From: an archaeon
Lineage (GTDB): Archaea > Nanobdellota > Nanobdellia > Woesearchaeales > SM23-78
Direction of reading: 5' to 3'
Length of the DNA: 64,000 bases
Assembly (NCBI GenBank): GCA_043801165.1
Contig: JAZDMG010000007.1
Coordinates: 134,155 to 198,154 of the forward strand
Below the pieces are notes generated by a model. That model did no database searches and was not told where the DNA came from. It was given only the letters and a program-made list of their open reading frames with translations. Position numbers and translations under genes: made by a program. This document shows, one piece after another, positions 1-8,378 of this stretch; within the stretch, counting starts at the first letter, position 1; each line of letters begins with the position of its first letter.

Positions 1-1865
1 GCCACCTTAATCAAGAAATCATTCTTGTCAAGCACCATATCTGCGCCGTTGATAAGTATCCTGAACTCATAATCAGACTCAAGCTTCGAAAGGGTCCATT
101 CATGGCTGATAAGCTCATGGTCCAATGAGACCCTGATGTTCTGCGGCTGGCTGCCTGACCTGCGCCTCATGGTTATCACCACCTCACCAGCCTGGCCATA
201 ATTAATTGTCTCAGGATAGGAAAGGTTCGATATATCAATCAGCGGCTTGTCCTGGACATCAATCACTAGGTAATATTCGTTGTCGACAAGGCTATTCTCT
301 GTCTTAAAGGTGAGGGTCTTGACACCCAGGGTCTCGAACTTAGTCACATAGTTGAAATTCGCAGCCTTGAACTCACCTATGCTTGCCAGAGAGCAATTCT
401 GCTCCAAACATACCTTGAGCTGCTCCAGCGGAGTGCTCCCGTTGTTCTTCACCAGGCAATTGACCCGCACAGATTCTGACAGGAACAGCTCCTCCTTGTC
501 AGAGCTGCAGCTTATCAAAAGCTTGTCAGCGTAGGGCTTTGCCGGCTTAAGCTGCTCTATCAATGTCTGCATATACTTCTCAGAGAATACCTTTCCGTCC
601 CGGCTGGCCTTGAAGCTGCCAGAAGCCTCTTCTCCCCGAGAATTTCTCACCTTGAGAGGGAAAGTATAGGTGAATGAAGGGTCAAGCCCTGGGCTGACTC
701 TCACGAGCCAATAAAGCCTCTTCTCTTGGAGAGGTGCCAGCCAGAAATCTATGCTCGGCTCGCTGATAATCTCCATCTCAGTCACCTTCGAGATGAAAAG
801 CTCCCCGGCGACATAATAATCCTCGAGATTCTTCACAGTGGCTATGACAAGATTGTATGATCCGAACCCAACCTCTGCTTTCTTCATCTCCAGCTTTATG
901 TCAACTACAGGCTCAACCCGGTAATCCTTGCCGATGACAGCCACGCTTGATTCAAGAGGGCCAGGGACCATCTCCCCGCCATTGCCCCTCGTGGTGTAGT
1001 CAACGCTGGTCTCCCTTGCATCAGCAGTGGCTCTCAGCTTTATGTGGGTGGCATCGATGTAGCCAAGCTCCTTGTATGTGACATCAAAAGGCACCCAGCC
1101 ATAGCCTGGAAAGTAAACCTCTGCCCAGCCATGGGGGCCCCAGCCGTCGTTCTGCAGGTTGATATTAGAGTAAGATATCCCTGTGACGAACCTAGCAGGT
1201 ATGCCTACGCTCCTGCACATTGAGATAAAAAGGCTTGTGAGCTCATCGCACACTCCTCTCCTGTTGATCATCACCCAGCTGGCCTTCTGCGACGCGTCTG
1301 CTGTCATCGATGTGAGATTGTACTCCACATTGTCCTCGACCCACTCTGCAAGCTTAGAGGTGGCTGAGAAAAGGTCATAGTCGCCTTTCACAAGGCTGGA
1401 GGCCAATGACTTTATGTCATCATTGACATCTATTATCTCCTGAGGCTTCAGATAGCCTGCTATCTCAGGATCAAGATCCTTGATCGGGAAAGGCACTTTC
1501 TTAGTGACCTTCAGGAACTCGTTCTTGGTGGTGAGCTTCGCAGTCTCCTTCAGCTCAAAGCTGTTCTGGCTCGGGCTATCCCACCTAAAGAAAAAGCCAT
1601 CTCCTTCCTTGAAATCAGCCATCGGCTCAGTGGTTATGGATTCAACTATCTGACGGTAATCATCCACAGGATACCATGCCAATGTCGCAGTCACCTGGCT
1701 GAGATAGAAATCACTGCTGACAGGCCTCACCTTAAGGTCGTTTGAGATGTCAAGCCTGAGATTGAGAGCATGATAACTGAACAATGCATCATCCCTCGCA
1801 GCAAGGGCTAAAGACGATAGGAGAAAAAACACCAGAAGATACAAGAATCCTTTATTACCAGCCAT
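1..1865 (-). CDS. Transglutaminase-like domain protein with N-terminal signal/anchor; C-terminus lies beyond the window edge
   Basis: Minus-strand frame opens at ATG (top-strand cat 1863-1865). The parts I translated by hand (about 1050-1865 and 1-119) have no stops. It is absent from the ORF track because it runs off the edge. N-terminus MAGNKGFLYLLVFFLLSSLALA is hydrophobic. Core GVCDELTSLFISMCRSVGIPARFV ... GWGPHGWAEVYFPGYGWVPFD fits the transglutaminase Cys/His/Asp core. Confidence 0.7.
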   Translation of the reverse strand, partial: MAGNKGFLYLLVFFLLSSLALAARDDALFSYHALNLRLDISNDLKVRPVSSDFYLSQVTATLAWYPVDDYRQIVESITTEPMADFKEGDGFFFRWDSPSQNSFELKETAKLTTKNEFLKVTKKVPFPIKDLDPEIAGYLKPQEIIDVNDDIKSLASSLVKGDYDLFSATSKLAEWVEDNVEYNLTSMTADASQKASWVMINRRGVCDELTSLFISMCRSVGIPARFVTGISYSNINLQNDGWGPHGWAEVYFPGYGWVPFDVTYKELGYIDATHIKLRATADARETSVDYTTRGNGGEMVPGPLESSVAVIGKDYRVEPVVDIKLEMKKAEVGFGSYNLVIATVKNLEDYYVAGELFISKVTEMEIISEPSIDFWLAPLQEKRLYWLVRVSPGLDPSFTYTFPLKVRNSRGEEASGSFKASRDGKVFSEKYMQTLIEQLKPAKPYADKLLISCSSDKEELFLSESVRVNCLVKNNGSTPLEQLKVCLEQNCSLASIGEFKAANFNYVTKFETLGVKTLTFKTENSLVDNEYYLVIDVQDKPLIDISNLSYPETINYGQAGEVVITMRRRSGSQPQNIRVSLDHELISHEWTLSKLESDYEFRILINGADMVLDKNDFLIKV

Positions 1866-1979
1866 GCTGCTCAAAGAAGGTCAGGGCTGCTTTTTAATGT
1901 TTTCTATCAAATCAACCAAAACCTTTTAAAACGACAGGATTTTCATCCATATAAGGATTAGCATAAACCAGACTTTGAT

Positions 1980-2094
1980 GCCACGGTCGCTTAGCCTGGT
2001 ATAGCGCAGACAGAAGAAGGAATCCTTCTTTTGGCGTAAGATGGGTAATCCTGTTCTCGTACGAGAATCCTCGGTTCAAATCCGAGCCGTGGCG
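1980..2094 (+). tRNA. Intron-containing tRNA, tentatively Thr(GGU)-like; isotype not secure
   Basis: Acceptor GCCACGG (1980-1986) pairs with CCGTGGC (2087-2093); discriminator G2094. D arm is GCT-TAGCCTGGTAT-AGC. T arm is CTCGG-TTCAAAT-CCGAG (2070-2086). Sixty-three nt lie between position 26 and the T stem where about 22 are expected. Best hand solution: anticodon stem CAG (2007-2009) + GA (2040-2041) pairs with TCCTG (2049-2053), loop TGGGTAA (2042-2048), giving a 30-nt insert at 29/30 (2010-2039) with a 10-bp internal hairpin (2011-2033). TTCTCGTACGAGAATC (2054-2069) is either a long variable arm or a variable loop plus an 11-nt insert. Confidence 0.75.
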
Positions 2095-2161
2095 CTCAGC
2101 GCAGCGAGCGCCAGACGGCTCGGGCCAGAAACGCAGTGTTTCTGAGCCCCGGGCCGTGGCG
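2095..2161 (+). other. Structured tRNA trailer ending in a 9-nt duplicate of the tRNA 3' end
   Basis: GCCGTGGCG occurs at 2086-2094 and again at 2153-2161. Between the copies are two hairpins: GGCGCTC/GAGCGCC (2091-2097 / 2106-2112) and CAGAAAC/GTTTCTG (2126-2132 / 2138-2144). Confidence 0.5.
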
Positions 2162-2182
2162 TAATACTCTTTAGAAGAACCT

Positions 2183-2632
2183 TTGAAGCTGATTGATATG
2201 TGGAGCCTGACCCAAGCCTTGATATTTGTGTCATCAGCTCTTCTGATAACAGTGGTCTGGGTGAAGGTCAGCGGGATCTACAAATACCGAGGGAAAAATT
2301 ATTATGTTTTTGGACTCAATCTTTTTCCATTGGTCTCATGGACCCTCGGCCTGGTGCTGATGAGGATTCTTTACGACGCCATCGACCATCCTTACAAATT
2401 CATCATCATCTGCTTTTGCTATTGGCTTATCCTGCCCTCACTAGAATATGTTGGCTATCATTGCTTCGGCATGCGCTTGACCTGCGATTACCCTGGCCTG
2501 TGGAAATCTGACCTGATGCATGCACCTGCCTATTCCAAGGCTTATTATTTATTAATCGGGCCAGCTTATCTCCTCATGACCAATGGCTTAATTATTGAGC
2601 TTGTGAAGATGGGCCTATTGACAGGAGCTTGA
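2183..2632 (+). CDS. Hypothetical multi-pass membrane protein
   Basis: 149-aa ORF with several hydrophobic segments. It starts at TTG 2183; ATG 2198 (MWSLTQ...) is an alternative start. No motif recognised. Confidence 0.5.
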   Translation: MKLIDMWSLTQALIFVSSALLITVVWVKVSGIYKYRGKNYYVFGLNLFPLVSWTLGLVLMRILYDAIDHPYKFIIICFCYWLILPSLEYVGYHCFGMRLTCDYPGLWKSDLMHAPAYSKAYYLLIGPAYLLMTNGLIIELVKMGLLTGA

Positions 2633-2666
2633 TTATGAGAATTCTGCTAATACGCGGCCTTATCAA

Positions 2667-3143
2667 CTAAGGCGAGTATATCTGAGAATCATGATGATTG
2701 CCGCCTTTTGATGAGGTGACAAGGATATGAGTGCCTATGATCGTTGACAAATCCTGGATAGAAGGCCGCTCCATAAAAACACCCTTCATTTCATTACCTG
2801 TCCTTACACTCTCGAACCTCTCAGCAGTGCTCGGGTCATATCCCTGCTTGAGCAAGAAAGATTTTATGCTCAGAGGAGAAGGAATCATGTGATTAGTGGC
2901 ATACGGGAGGCCCACATGAAACCACAGATCACGTTTCTCCATGTGGATCATCACAAGCGCGCCATAGGTCTCATTCTCCTTGAGCCAACGATAGGTGTTC
3001 ATGAAACGCTCCACACGATCCTTCTCTTGATTGAGAATTTGCAATAGAGGTTCCTGAGACAGAGTGTACTTGCGTGCATCTATCTCCGCCACAATAACTT
3101 TCCATAGCGGGTCTTTCTTCGTGATTTTAGACATTTTATCCAT
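2667..3143 (-). CDS. Hypothetical protein
   Basis: 158-aa ORF with ordinary composition and no competing ORF. No motif recognised. Confidence 0.5.
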   Translation of the reverse strand: MDKMSKITKKDPLWKVIVAEIDARKYTLSQEPLLQILNQEKDRVERFMNTYRWLKENETYGALVMIHMEKRDLWFHVGLPYATNHMIPSPLSIKSFLLKQGYDPSTAERFESVRTGNEMKGVFMERPSIQDLSTIIGTHILVTSSKGGNHHDSQIYSP

Positions 3144-3290
3144 TGAAGTGCTAACTGATATATAAATGTTACTATTTATTAGGGATGACTATTTGATGAT
3201 AACTGGCTGTGATAAGATAACGACCTGACAGGCATTCATAGAATATCATCATTCACTAACTTTAAATAATGATATCGACCAGCAAGAGCT

Positions 3291-3716
3291 ATGATAAGGA
3301 CACATTCTTTCAAAGTCAATGCACAGGGAAGGTGCGAGCTAATCAACATAACAGACAAGGTCGAAGGGTTCTTGAAGCAGAGCGGGCTGAAGGAAGGCTC
3401 TGCATTGGCCTTCTGCCAGCACACCACTGCCTGCATCATAATAATGGAGCACGAGCCTGGCCTGATAAAGGACACAAAGGATTTCTTCAGCAGGATAATA
3501 CCCGATGACGACTACCACCACAACAGGCTGAACAATGACGACAACGGCAAGAGCCATCTCGCAGCCACCCTGCTGAACCAGAGCCTGACAGTGCCTTTCA
3601 TCGACGGGAAACTAGCCCTCGGCAGGTGGCAGAGCATAGTCTTCGCTGACTTCGACACAAAGCCGAGAGAACGGTCTGTCATCGTGCAGCTCAACGGCGA
3701 GCCAGGGAAGAAGTGA
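3291..3716 (+). CDS. YjbQ/UPF0047 family protein (secondary thiamine-phosphate synthase-like)
   Basis: 141 aa. ELINITDKV...LAFCQHTTACIIIMEHEPGL..D...HLAATLLNQSLTVPFIDGKLALGRWQSIVF resembles the UPF0047 family pattern. Confidence 0.8.
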   Translation: MIRTHSFKVNAQGRCELINITDKVEGFLKQSGLKEGSALAFCQHTTACIIIMEHEPGLIKDTKDFFSRIIPDDDYHHNRLNNDDNGKSHLAATLLNQSLTVPFIDGKLALGRWQSIVFADFDTKPRERSVIVQLNGEPGKK

Positions 3717-3804
3717 ATCAGAAAACTATCCGTTCTCGTTCTTCAGAAGAGGATTATTAACGTAACCTTTTTAAACAACCGTGGATAACTCGAGGGATAC
3801 CAAT

Positions 3805-4000
3805 AGCGGGGTAGGGCAGAACGCGTCTATCCCAAAAGATTAGGCGAGTGCCCAACTAGGAGTGCCCGTCGAATGGATAAGAAAAGTCTTATCTGTGCGG
3901 AAGGCTCATAAAAGAGAAACACTCTTAGAGAGACCCGGAGGTCGGTGGTTCAAATACAACATGTTCGGAAGAACTGTTGATGAAAGTCCACCCCCCGCTA
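3805..4000 (+). tRNA. Initiator tRNA-Met (CAU) interrupted by four putative introns
   Basis: AGCGGGG (3805-3811) pairs with CCCCGCT (3993-3999), giving A1:U72; discriminator A4000. Anticodon loop is CTCATA (3905-3910) + A3933, with CAT at 3907-3909. Anticodon stem is TCG (3869-3871) + GG (3903-3904) pairing with CCCGG (3934-3938). Variable loop is AGGTC. T arm is GGTGG-TTCAAAT (3944-3955) with CCACC at 3988-3992. D stem is GGGC (3814-3817) / GCCC (3864-3867). Removing the inserts gives a 77-nt cloverleaf. Confidence 0.8.
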
Positions 4001-4574
4001 TTGTTTTTTTTCTTGAGGGTTTTTTAGTGAAAGCATCCAATCCATTCATCTTTCTAATGTTTAAATACCAGGAGCCATCACAATTTGGGCCTGAAAGCCT
4101 GGAATGTATATCTATTGAGTCTAACATCTCCTTGGCATCTTTTAATCCTTTTTGGTTCATAGACTTAATGCGAATCGTGTTTCTTCCTTTTGGAAGATAA
4201 CCTTCGTCATGAGAAAAGCTTTTAATCCACTCCAGTTTAATCGATTTTTCAGCTGTTTTTATAAGCGAAGGGATTCTCCATTCCCGAGTGCCATATTTAT
4301 TAAAGCTGAGAAGAACTTTTGCAATCCTTATGCTTTTAACAACAACTTTTTGGTGTTGCGGAAAATAACTCGTCTTAACCCCAAAAAGTGCATTCATGTC
4401 TTTTCTAAAAGAATCTATTAGGTCTTTATTTGAATTGAAGTAGCATATCTCAGCCCTATTTTTACGGTCTTTTTCTGAAGTCTTGTATGAATATAGACCA
4501 CCATCTCCACAAAGATGAGCGTGAATCCTAGCGAACAACGCCAGTCTCTCTCCAGAAAACGTAATCAGGTCCAT
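3906..4574 (-). CDS. LAGLIDADG homing endonuclease (two-motif type)
   Basis: 222 aa with LFARIHAHLCGDGGLY and EWIKSFSHDEGYL, the two LAGLIDADG-type motifs. The last 95 nt of the ORF run antisense through the 3' part of the tRNA-iMet gene. Confidence 0.8.
   Translation of the reverse strand: MDLITFSGERLALFARIHAHLCGDGGLYSYKTSEKDRKNRAEICYFNSNKDLIDSFRKDMNALFGVKTSYFPQHQKVVVKSIRIAKVLLSFNKYGTREWRIPSLIKTAEKSIKLEWIKSFSHDEGYLPKGRNTIRIKSMNQKGLKDAKEMLDSIDIHSRLSGPNCDGSWYLNIRKMNGLDAFTKKPSRKKTIAGGGLSSTVLPNMLYLNHRPPGLSKSVSLL
4001..4016 (+). terminator. Oligo-T tract after the tRNA
   Basis: ttgtttttttttcttg follows the discriminator base directly. Archaeal terminators are T-tracts. Confidence 0.5.
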
Positions 4575-4594
4575 GTCATATAGCTTATAACGCC

Positions 4595-4629
4595 GATTAA
4601 TATCCTTTGCGTCGAGATGTCCAGTGCTA
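4595..4629 (+). promoter_or_regulatory. Conserved TATA-linked core module (short copy)
   Basis: gattaatatcctttgcgtcgagatgtccagtgcta. It is nearly identical to 22386-22419 and shares GCGTCGAG.TGTCCAGTG with six other copies. Confidence 0.6.
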
Positions 4630-4666
4630 AGAAAACATTAATAAACAGCAAAATCAAAGCAAATCA

Positions 4667-5017
4667 ATGTCCATCAAGCTCAAACTCAAAGACATCAAGA
4701 AAGACCTGGAGAACCACATCAAGCTCTTCAAGGCGATCTATGGCGACAGGAGGACTCCTCGCATGGCGAAGTTCTGCCTCTGGGGCGCGATGATATACCT
4801 GACAAGCCCGATCGACCTGATCCCTGACTTCATACCGATATTCGGACAGCTCGACGACATCATAATGATACCAGGCCTGATATTCCTGGCGATAAAGCTG
4901 ATACCGAAGGAAGTCTACAAGGAGCACCACGACAGGATAATGCCTCGCACCAAAGGCAAAAGACCTGCTGGCAAGGGAAAAGCATTAAAGACAAGCCGTT
5001 CCACTTCTAGAAAATGA
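4667..5017 (+). CDS. DUF1232 (YkvA-like) membrane protein
   Basis: [23 protein letters not shown] is the DUF1232 signature. An A/T box at 4637-4645 lies 22 nt upstream of the ATG. Confidence 0.75.
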   Translation: MSIKLKLKDIKKDLENHIKLFKAIYGDRRTPRMAKFCLWGAMIYLTSPIDLIPDFIPIFGQLDDIIMIPGLIFLAIKLIPKEVYKEHHDRIMPRTKGKRPAGKGKALKTSRSTSRK

Positions 5018-5943
5018 TGTATCCGAAGCTCAATGGAAAAGCCATCCTCGCCCCGATGGCAGAGGTGAATGACCCTGCCTTCAGGATGCTCTGTAAGGAA
5101 TATGGCTGCGCACTTGTCTTCTCTGAGATGATCAGCGCCCCTGCGATAGCGAGGAGGAATGCCGCCACCATACACCTGATAGACACTTCTGAGAAAGAGA
5201 GGCCTTTCGGCATACAGCTGTTCGGCCAGGATCCTGAGAGCATCGCAAAGGCAGCTTTGTTCGTCGAGAAGGAGTTCAGGCCTGACGTCATCGATTTCAA
5301 TCTCGGCTGCCCTGCGAGAAAGATAATGAAGCAGGGATCTGGCTGCGCTTTGTTGCTGCGGAAGAACAGGATCAGGGATATCGTGGCTGCCTGTGTCAAG
5401 GAGCTGCACACTCCGTTCACTGTCAAGCTTCGCAGCGGTATGGACAGCAACAGGATAGTCGCTGTCGAGATAGCTAAGATCTGTGAGGAGGCAGGAGCAT
5501 CTGCGATAACTGTGCATCCAAGGACCATGGTGCAGGCCTACAGCGGAAAGGCAGACTGGAGCCTGATAAAGAAAGTCAAGGAAGCTGTCAGTGTGCCTGT
5601 CATAGGCAACGGAGACATATCGTCGCCAGAGGATGCTGAGCGGATGATGAGAGAGACTGGCTGCGACTACGTCATGCTAGGCAGGGCTGCTATGAAGAGC
5701 CCATTGATATTCAGGCAGATAAACGACCATCTGGAAGGCAACTACAGCAAGGTTGATGACTCTGCCCGCATCAAGATGATAAAACGCTATCTTGAGCTTG
5801 CTGAAGCTCATAAGACGAATGTTGTCAGGGTCAAATTGCATTGCCAGCATTTCACTGTCGGCATGAAGGGAAGCGCTGCTATGAGGGACAAAATAAGCAA
5901 GGTAAAGGATGTGGATTCCTTAAGGCAGATAATCGGTGTCTGA
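5014..5943 (+). CDS. dus: tRNA-dihydrouridine synthase
   Basis: 309 aa. [15 protein letters not shown]...GIQLFG...[11 protein letters not shown]...TVHPRT...GNGDI is the Dus/FMN TIM-barrel pattern. Confidence 0.9.
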   Translation: MMYPKLNGKAILAPMAEVNDPAFRMLCKEYGCALVFSEMISAPAIARRNAATIHLIDTSEKERPFGIQLFGQDPESIAKAALFVEKEFRPDVIDFNLGCPARKIMKQGSGCALLLRKNRIRDIVAACVKELHTPFTVKLRSGMDSNRIVAVEIAKICEEAGASAITVHPRTMVQAYSGKADWSLIKKVKEAVSVPVIGNGDISSPEDAERMMRETGCDYVMLGRAAMKSPLIFRQINDHLEGNYSKVDDSARIKMIKRYLELAEAHKTNVVRVKLHCQHFTVGMKGSAAMRDKISKVKDVDSLRQIIGV

Positions 5944-5989
5944 AGCAGCACATCATTCGCTAGGTTCTAGAAAGATTTATATAAGCAAA

Positions 5990-6742
5990 ATGCAGAAGAA
6001 GGCTTATATGATTAAAAAAATACTTTTGATCTTAGCGATATGCAGCATCCTCATGATCCAGGGATGCGCAAGGACAGACCTTATAACTATCAGATTAACA
6101 AATGATAATCTTTCGCAGAATATAGACGCTCTGGTAAAATTAAGCGTGGTGCTGGAACAATATCCTCAATATCCTTTCTTGGTCAATACGGCTGATGACG
6201 CTTATGAAGTGATCGTCCGTTTCAGCCCAAAGGACCGCGATTCAGCGATTACTTTCTTTGAGCAGCTCATAAAGGAGAAGACTATCGAAGGGAAAATAGG
6301 AGAAACTGCGGTCTACTCTGGTGAGGACATAGCCTATATCTGCAGGTCTACCGAATGCTCAAGCCCAATCACAGATGGCTCTGAGGATGAAGTCGGCTGC
6401 CAACAGGCTGACACCAATTGGTCATGTCCATTCCATTTCTCAATACAGATAAGTCCTGAAGCAGCAAAGAGGACAAGCGAAGCCACACAAAATCTTTCTG
6501 TGGTCAATAAGGATGGTAAAGAGTATCTTGAAAAAGATTTAGCGTTGTATATTGATGGGAATCTTATCGAATCATTCTTGCTAGGCGCTGAGCTGAAGGG
6601 AAAAGAGATACAAGAGATAGGAATAACCGGGTCGGCGACAGGAAGGACAGAATCAGAAGCCAAGAAAGCTTCCCTGGATAAGATGATGTTCCTTCAGAAC
6701 TCTTTGACCGTCTTCCCGGCAAAGATAGAGATAAAAAAATAA
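5990..6742 (+). CDS. Putative lipoprotein, function unknown
   Basis: The ORF-track start at 5936 is non-ATG. ATG 5990 (MQKKAY) or ATG 6008 (MIKKILLILAICSILMIQGC, lipobox-like) is more plausible. TATA-like tttatata lies at 5975-5982. Confidence 0.6.
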   Translation: MQKKAYMIKKILLILAICSILMIQGCARTDLITIRLTNDNLSQNIDALVKLSVVLEQYPQYPFLVNTADDAYEVIVRFSPKDRDSAITFFEQLIKEKTIEGKIGETAVYSGEDIAYICRSTECSSPITDGSEDEVGCQQADTNWSCPFHFSIQISPEAAKRTSEATQNLSVVNKDGKEYLEKDLALYIDGNLIESFLLGAELKGKEIQEIGITGSATGRTESEAKKASLDKMMFLQNSLTVFPAKIEIKK

Positions 6743-6827
6743 TGCTGAAGGCGTTTGTGGACCGAAATCCTCTCTCTGTGACTCATAATCCATAATCTTT
6801 AAAAGCAAGCATTTTTTCTTCCTTTGC

Positions 6828-7685
6828 ATGGGATTTTTCACCAATGCTGTCAAGACGACCATATTGCTAGCGCTGCTGACTGCGCTCGTGCTTTGGATAG
6901 GCAATCTGCTGGGCGGCACTTCTGGATTGATTGTCGCCTTCGTCTTTGTCATGGTGATGAACTTCGTGATGTTCTGGTGGAGCCACAGGATAGTGCTTTG
7001 GATGTACAAGGCAAAGGAATTGCCCCAGGGCCACAGGGCTCGTAAGCTTGTGCGTGAGATTGCCAGCAGGGCAGGGCTTCCGATGCCAAAGGTCTACATC
7101 ATCGAGAGCGGAACTCCAAATGCTTTCGCCACAGGACCTACTCCTAAGAGGGCTGCTGTCGCTGTGACCAACAGCATACTTGATCTTCTTGATGACAATG
7201 AACTCAGGGGAGTCTTGGCCCATGAGATGAGCCACGTAAGGAACCGTGATACGTTGATACAGACCATCGCTGCTGTGATGGCAGGAGTTATTTCTTATGT
7301 TGCTACGATGGCCCGCTGGGGAGCGATGTTCGGAGGATTTGGCGGAGATGATGATCGAGGCAATGGATTCCTGGAACTCCTTGTCCTGGGCATACTTGCT
7401 CCTTTGATTGCTCTTCTGCTCCAGCTTGCCCTGTCAAGGACCCGCGAGTATTTTGCTGATGAGAGCGCTGCAAAGCTTTTGCATGACGGAAAAGGCCTTA
7501 GCTCTGCCTTGAAGAAGCTTGAGAAAGCCAATGCAGACCATCCTTTCAGGAAAGGAGAGGGAAGCCCTGCGACTGCTCCATTGTTCATCGTGAATCCTTT
7601 CAGGGGCAGCTTCATATTCCAGCTCTTCAGCACTCATCCTCCAATCATCAAGAGGACTGCTAAGCTTGACAGCATGAGGTTCTAG
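6828..7685 (+). CDS. htpX: HtpX-type M48 zinc metalloprotease
   Basis: 285 aa with an N-terminal TM pair, HEMSHV zinc motif, and NAFATG and FSTHPP motifs. Confidence 0.9.
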   Translation: MGFFTNAVKTTILLALLTALVLWIGNLLGGTSGLIVAFVFVMVMNFVMFWWSHRIVLWMYKAKELPQGHRARKLVREIASRAGLPMPKVYIIESGTPNAFATGPTPKRAAVAVTNSILDLLDDNELRGVLAHEMSHVRNRDTLIQTIAAVMAGVISYVATMARWGAMFGGFGGDDDRGNGFLELLVLGILAPLIALLLQLALSRTREYFADESAAKLLHDGKGLSSALKKLEKANADHPFRKGEGSPATAPLFIVNPFRGSFIFQLFSTHPPIIKRTAKLDSMRF

Positions 7686-7730
7686 TTTTCTCTAACAAGC
7701 TTTTTAAACAGCTAAGCTAAACATACTGCA

Positions 7731-8375
7731 ATGATAATCGGCGGAATTGATGAGGCAGGGAGAGGGCCGGCCATAGGGCCTTTGGTGATGGCGATAGCAT
7801 GCATCGACCCAAAGGACGAGGATAAGCTCAAGAAGCTTGGAGTGAAAGACTCAAAGCTATTGACTCCTGAGCAGAGGGAGAGGATGCTGCCTGAGATCAG
7901 GAAGCTCTGCAAATTAGATATTGTCAAGATACTTCCTGAAGAGGTTGATTCTGCTGTATTGAGCGATGAGACAAACCTCAATTGGCTTGAGGCAGACCAT
8001 GCTGTCATGATGCTTAACAAGATGAGGCCTGACAAGGCATTCATAGACTGCCCCAGCACCAACCAGAAGGCATACAAGGATTATATCGTATCAAGGCTTA
8101 AGTACAAGCCAGAGCTTGTGGTCGAGCACAAGGCAGACTATAAGTACGTCATTGTCGGGGCTGCCAGCATAGCCGCAAAGGTGACAAGGGACCATGAGAT
8201 CTCTGAGCTCAAGAAGAAGTACAATGTTGATTTCGGCAGCGGCTATCCGTCTGATCCAAAGACTGCCCAGTTCATAAAAGATAATAGGGGTAAGTATCCT
8301 TTCTTCAGGAAGAGCTGGGCCTGCTGCAGGGAATCGCCTGAGAGTGGAGTGCAGAAGAAGCTTAGCGGGTTCTGA
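7731..8375 (+). CDS. rnhB: Ribonuclease HII
   Basis: MIIGGIDEAGRGPAIGPLV...DSKLLTP...ADYKYVIVGAASIAAKVTRD. Confidence 0.9.
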   Translation: MIIGGIDEAGRGPAIGPLVMAIACIDPKDEDKLKKLGVKDSKLLTPEQRERMLPEIRKLCKLDIVKILPEEVDSAVLSDETNLNWLEADHAVMMLNKMRPDKAFIDCPSTNQKAYKDYIVSRLKYKPELVVEHKADYKYVIVGAASIAAKVTRDHEISELKKKYNVDFGSGYPSDPKTAQFIKDNRGKYPFFRKSWACCRESPESGVQKKLSGF

Positions 8376-8378
8376 TAT

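Noticed and set aside
2026-2042. A stem-loop TTCTT-TTGGCGT-AAGAT inside the first tRNA that would present a GGC (Ala) anticodon.
   Set aside because: Only 4 bp pair, with a T-T mismatch closing the stem. The acceptor has C3:G70 rather than the G3:U70 alanine identity pair. The segment falls inside the better-supported 29/30 insert.
2095-2161. Possible second tRNA gene downstream of the first, suggested by the repeated CCGTGGCG.
   Set aside because: No D arm, anticodon arm or GTTC-type T loop can be drawn. Only the 9-nt 3' end is duplicated.
3862-4200. Plus-strand 112-aa ORF spanning the tRNA-iMet 3' half and the LAGLIDADG gene antisense strand.
   Set aside because: It overlaps a well-supported tRNA and a motif-bearing endonuclease gene. 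It is probably a shadow ORF.
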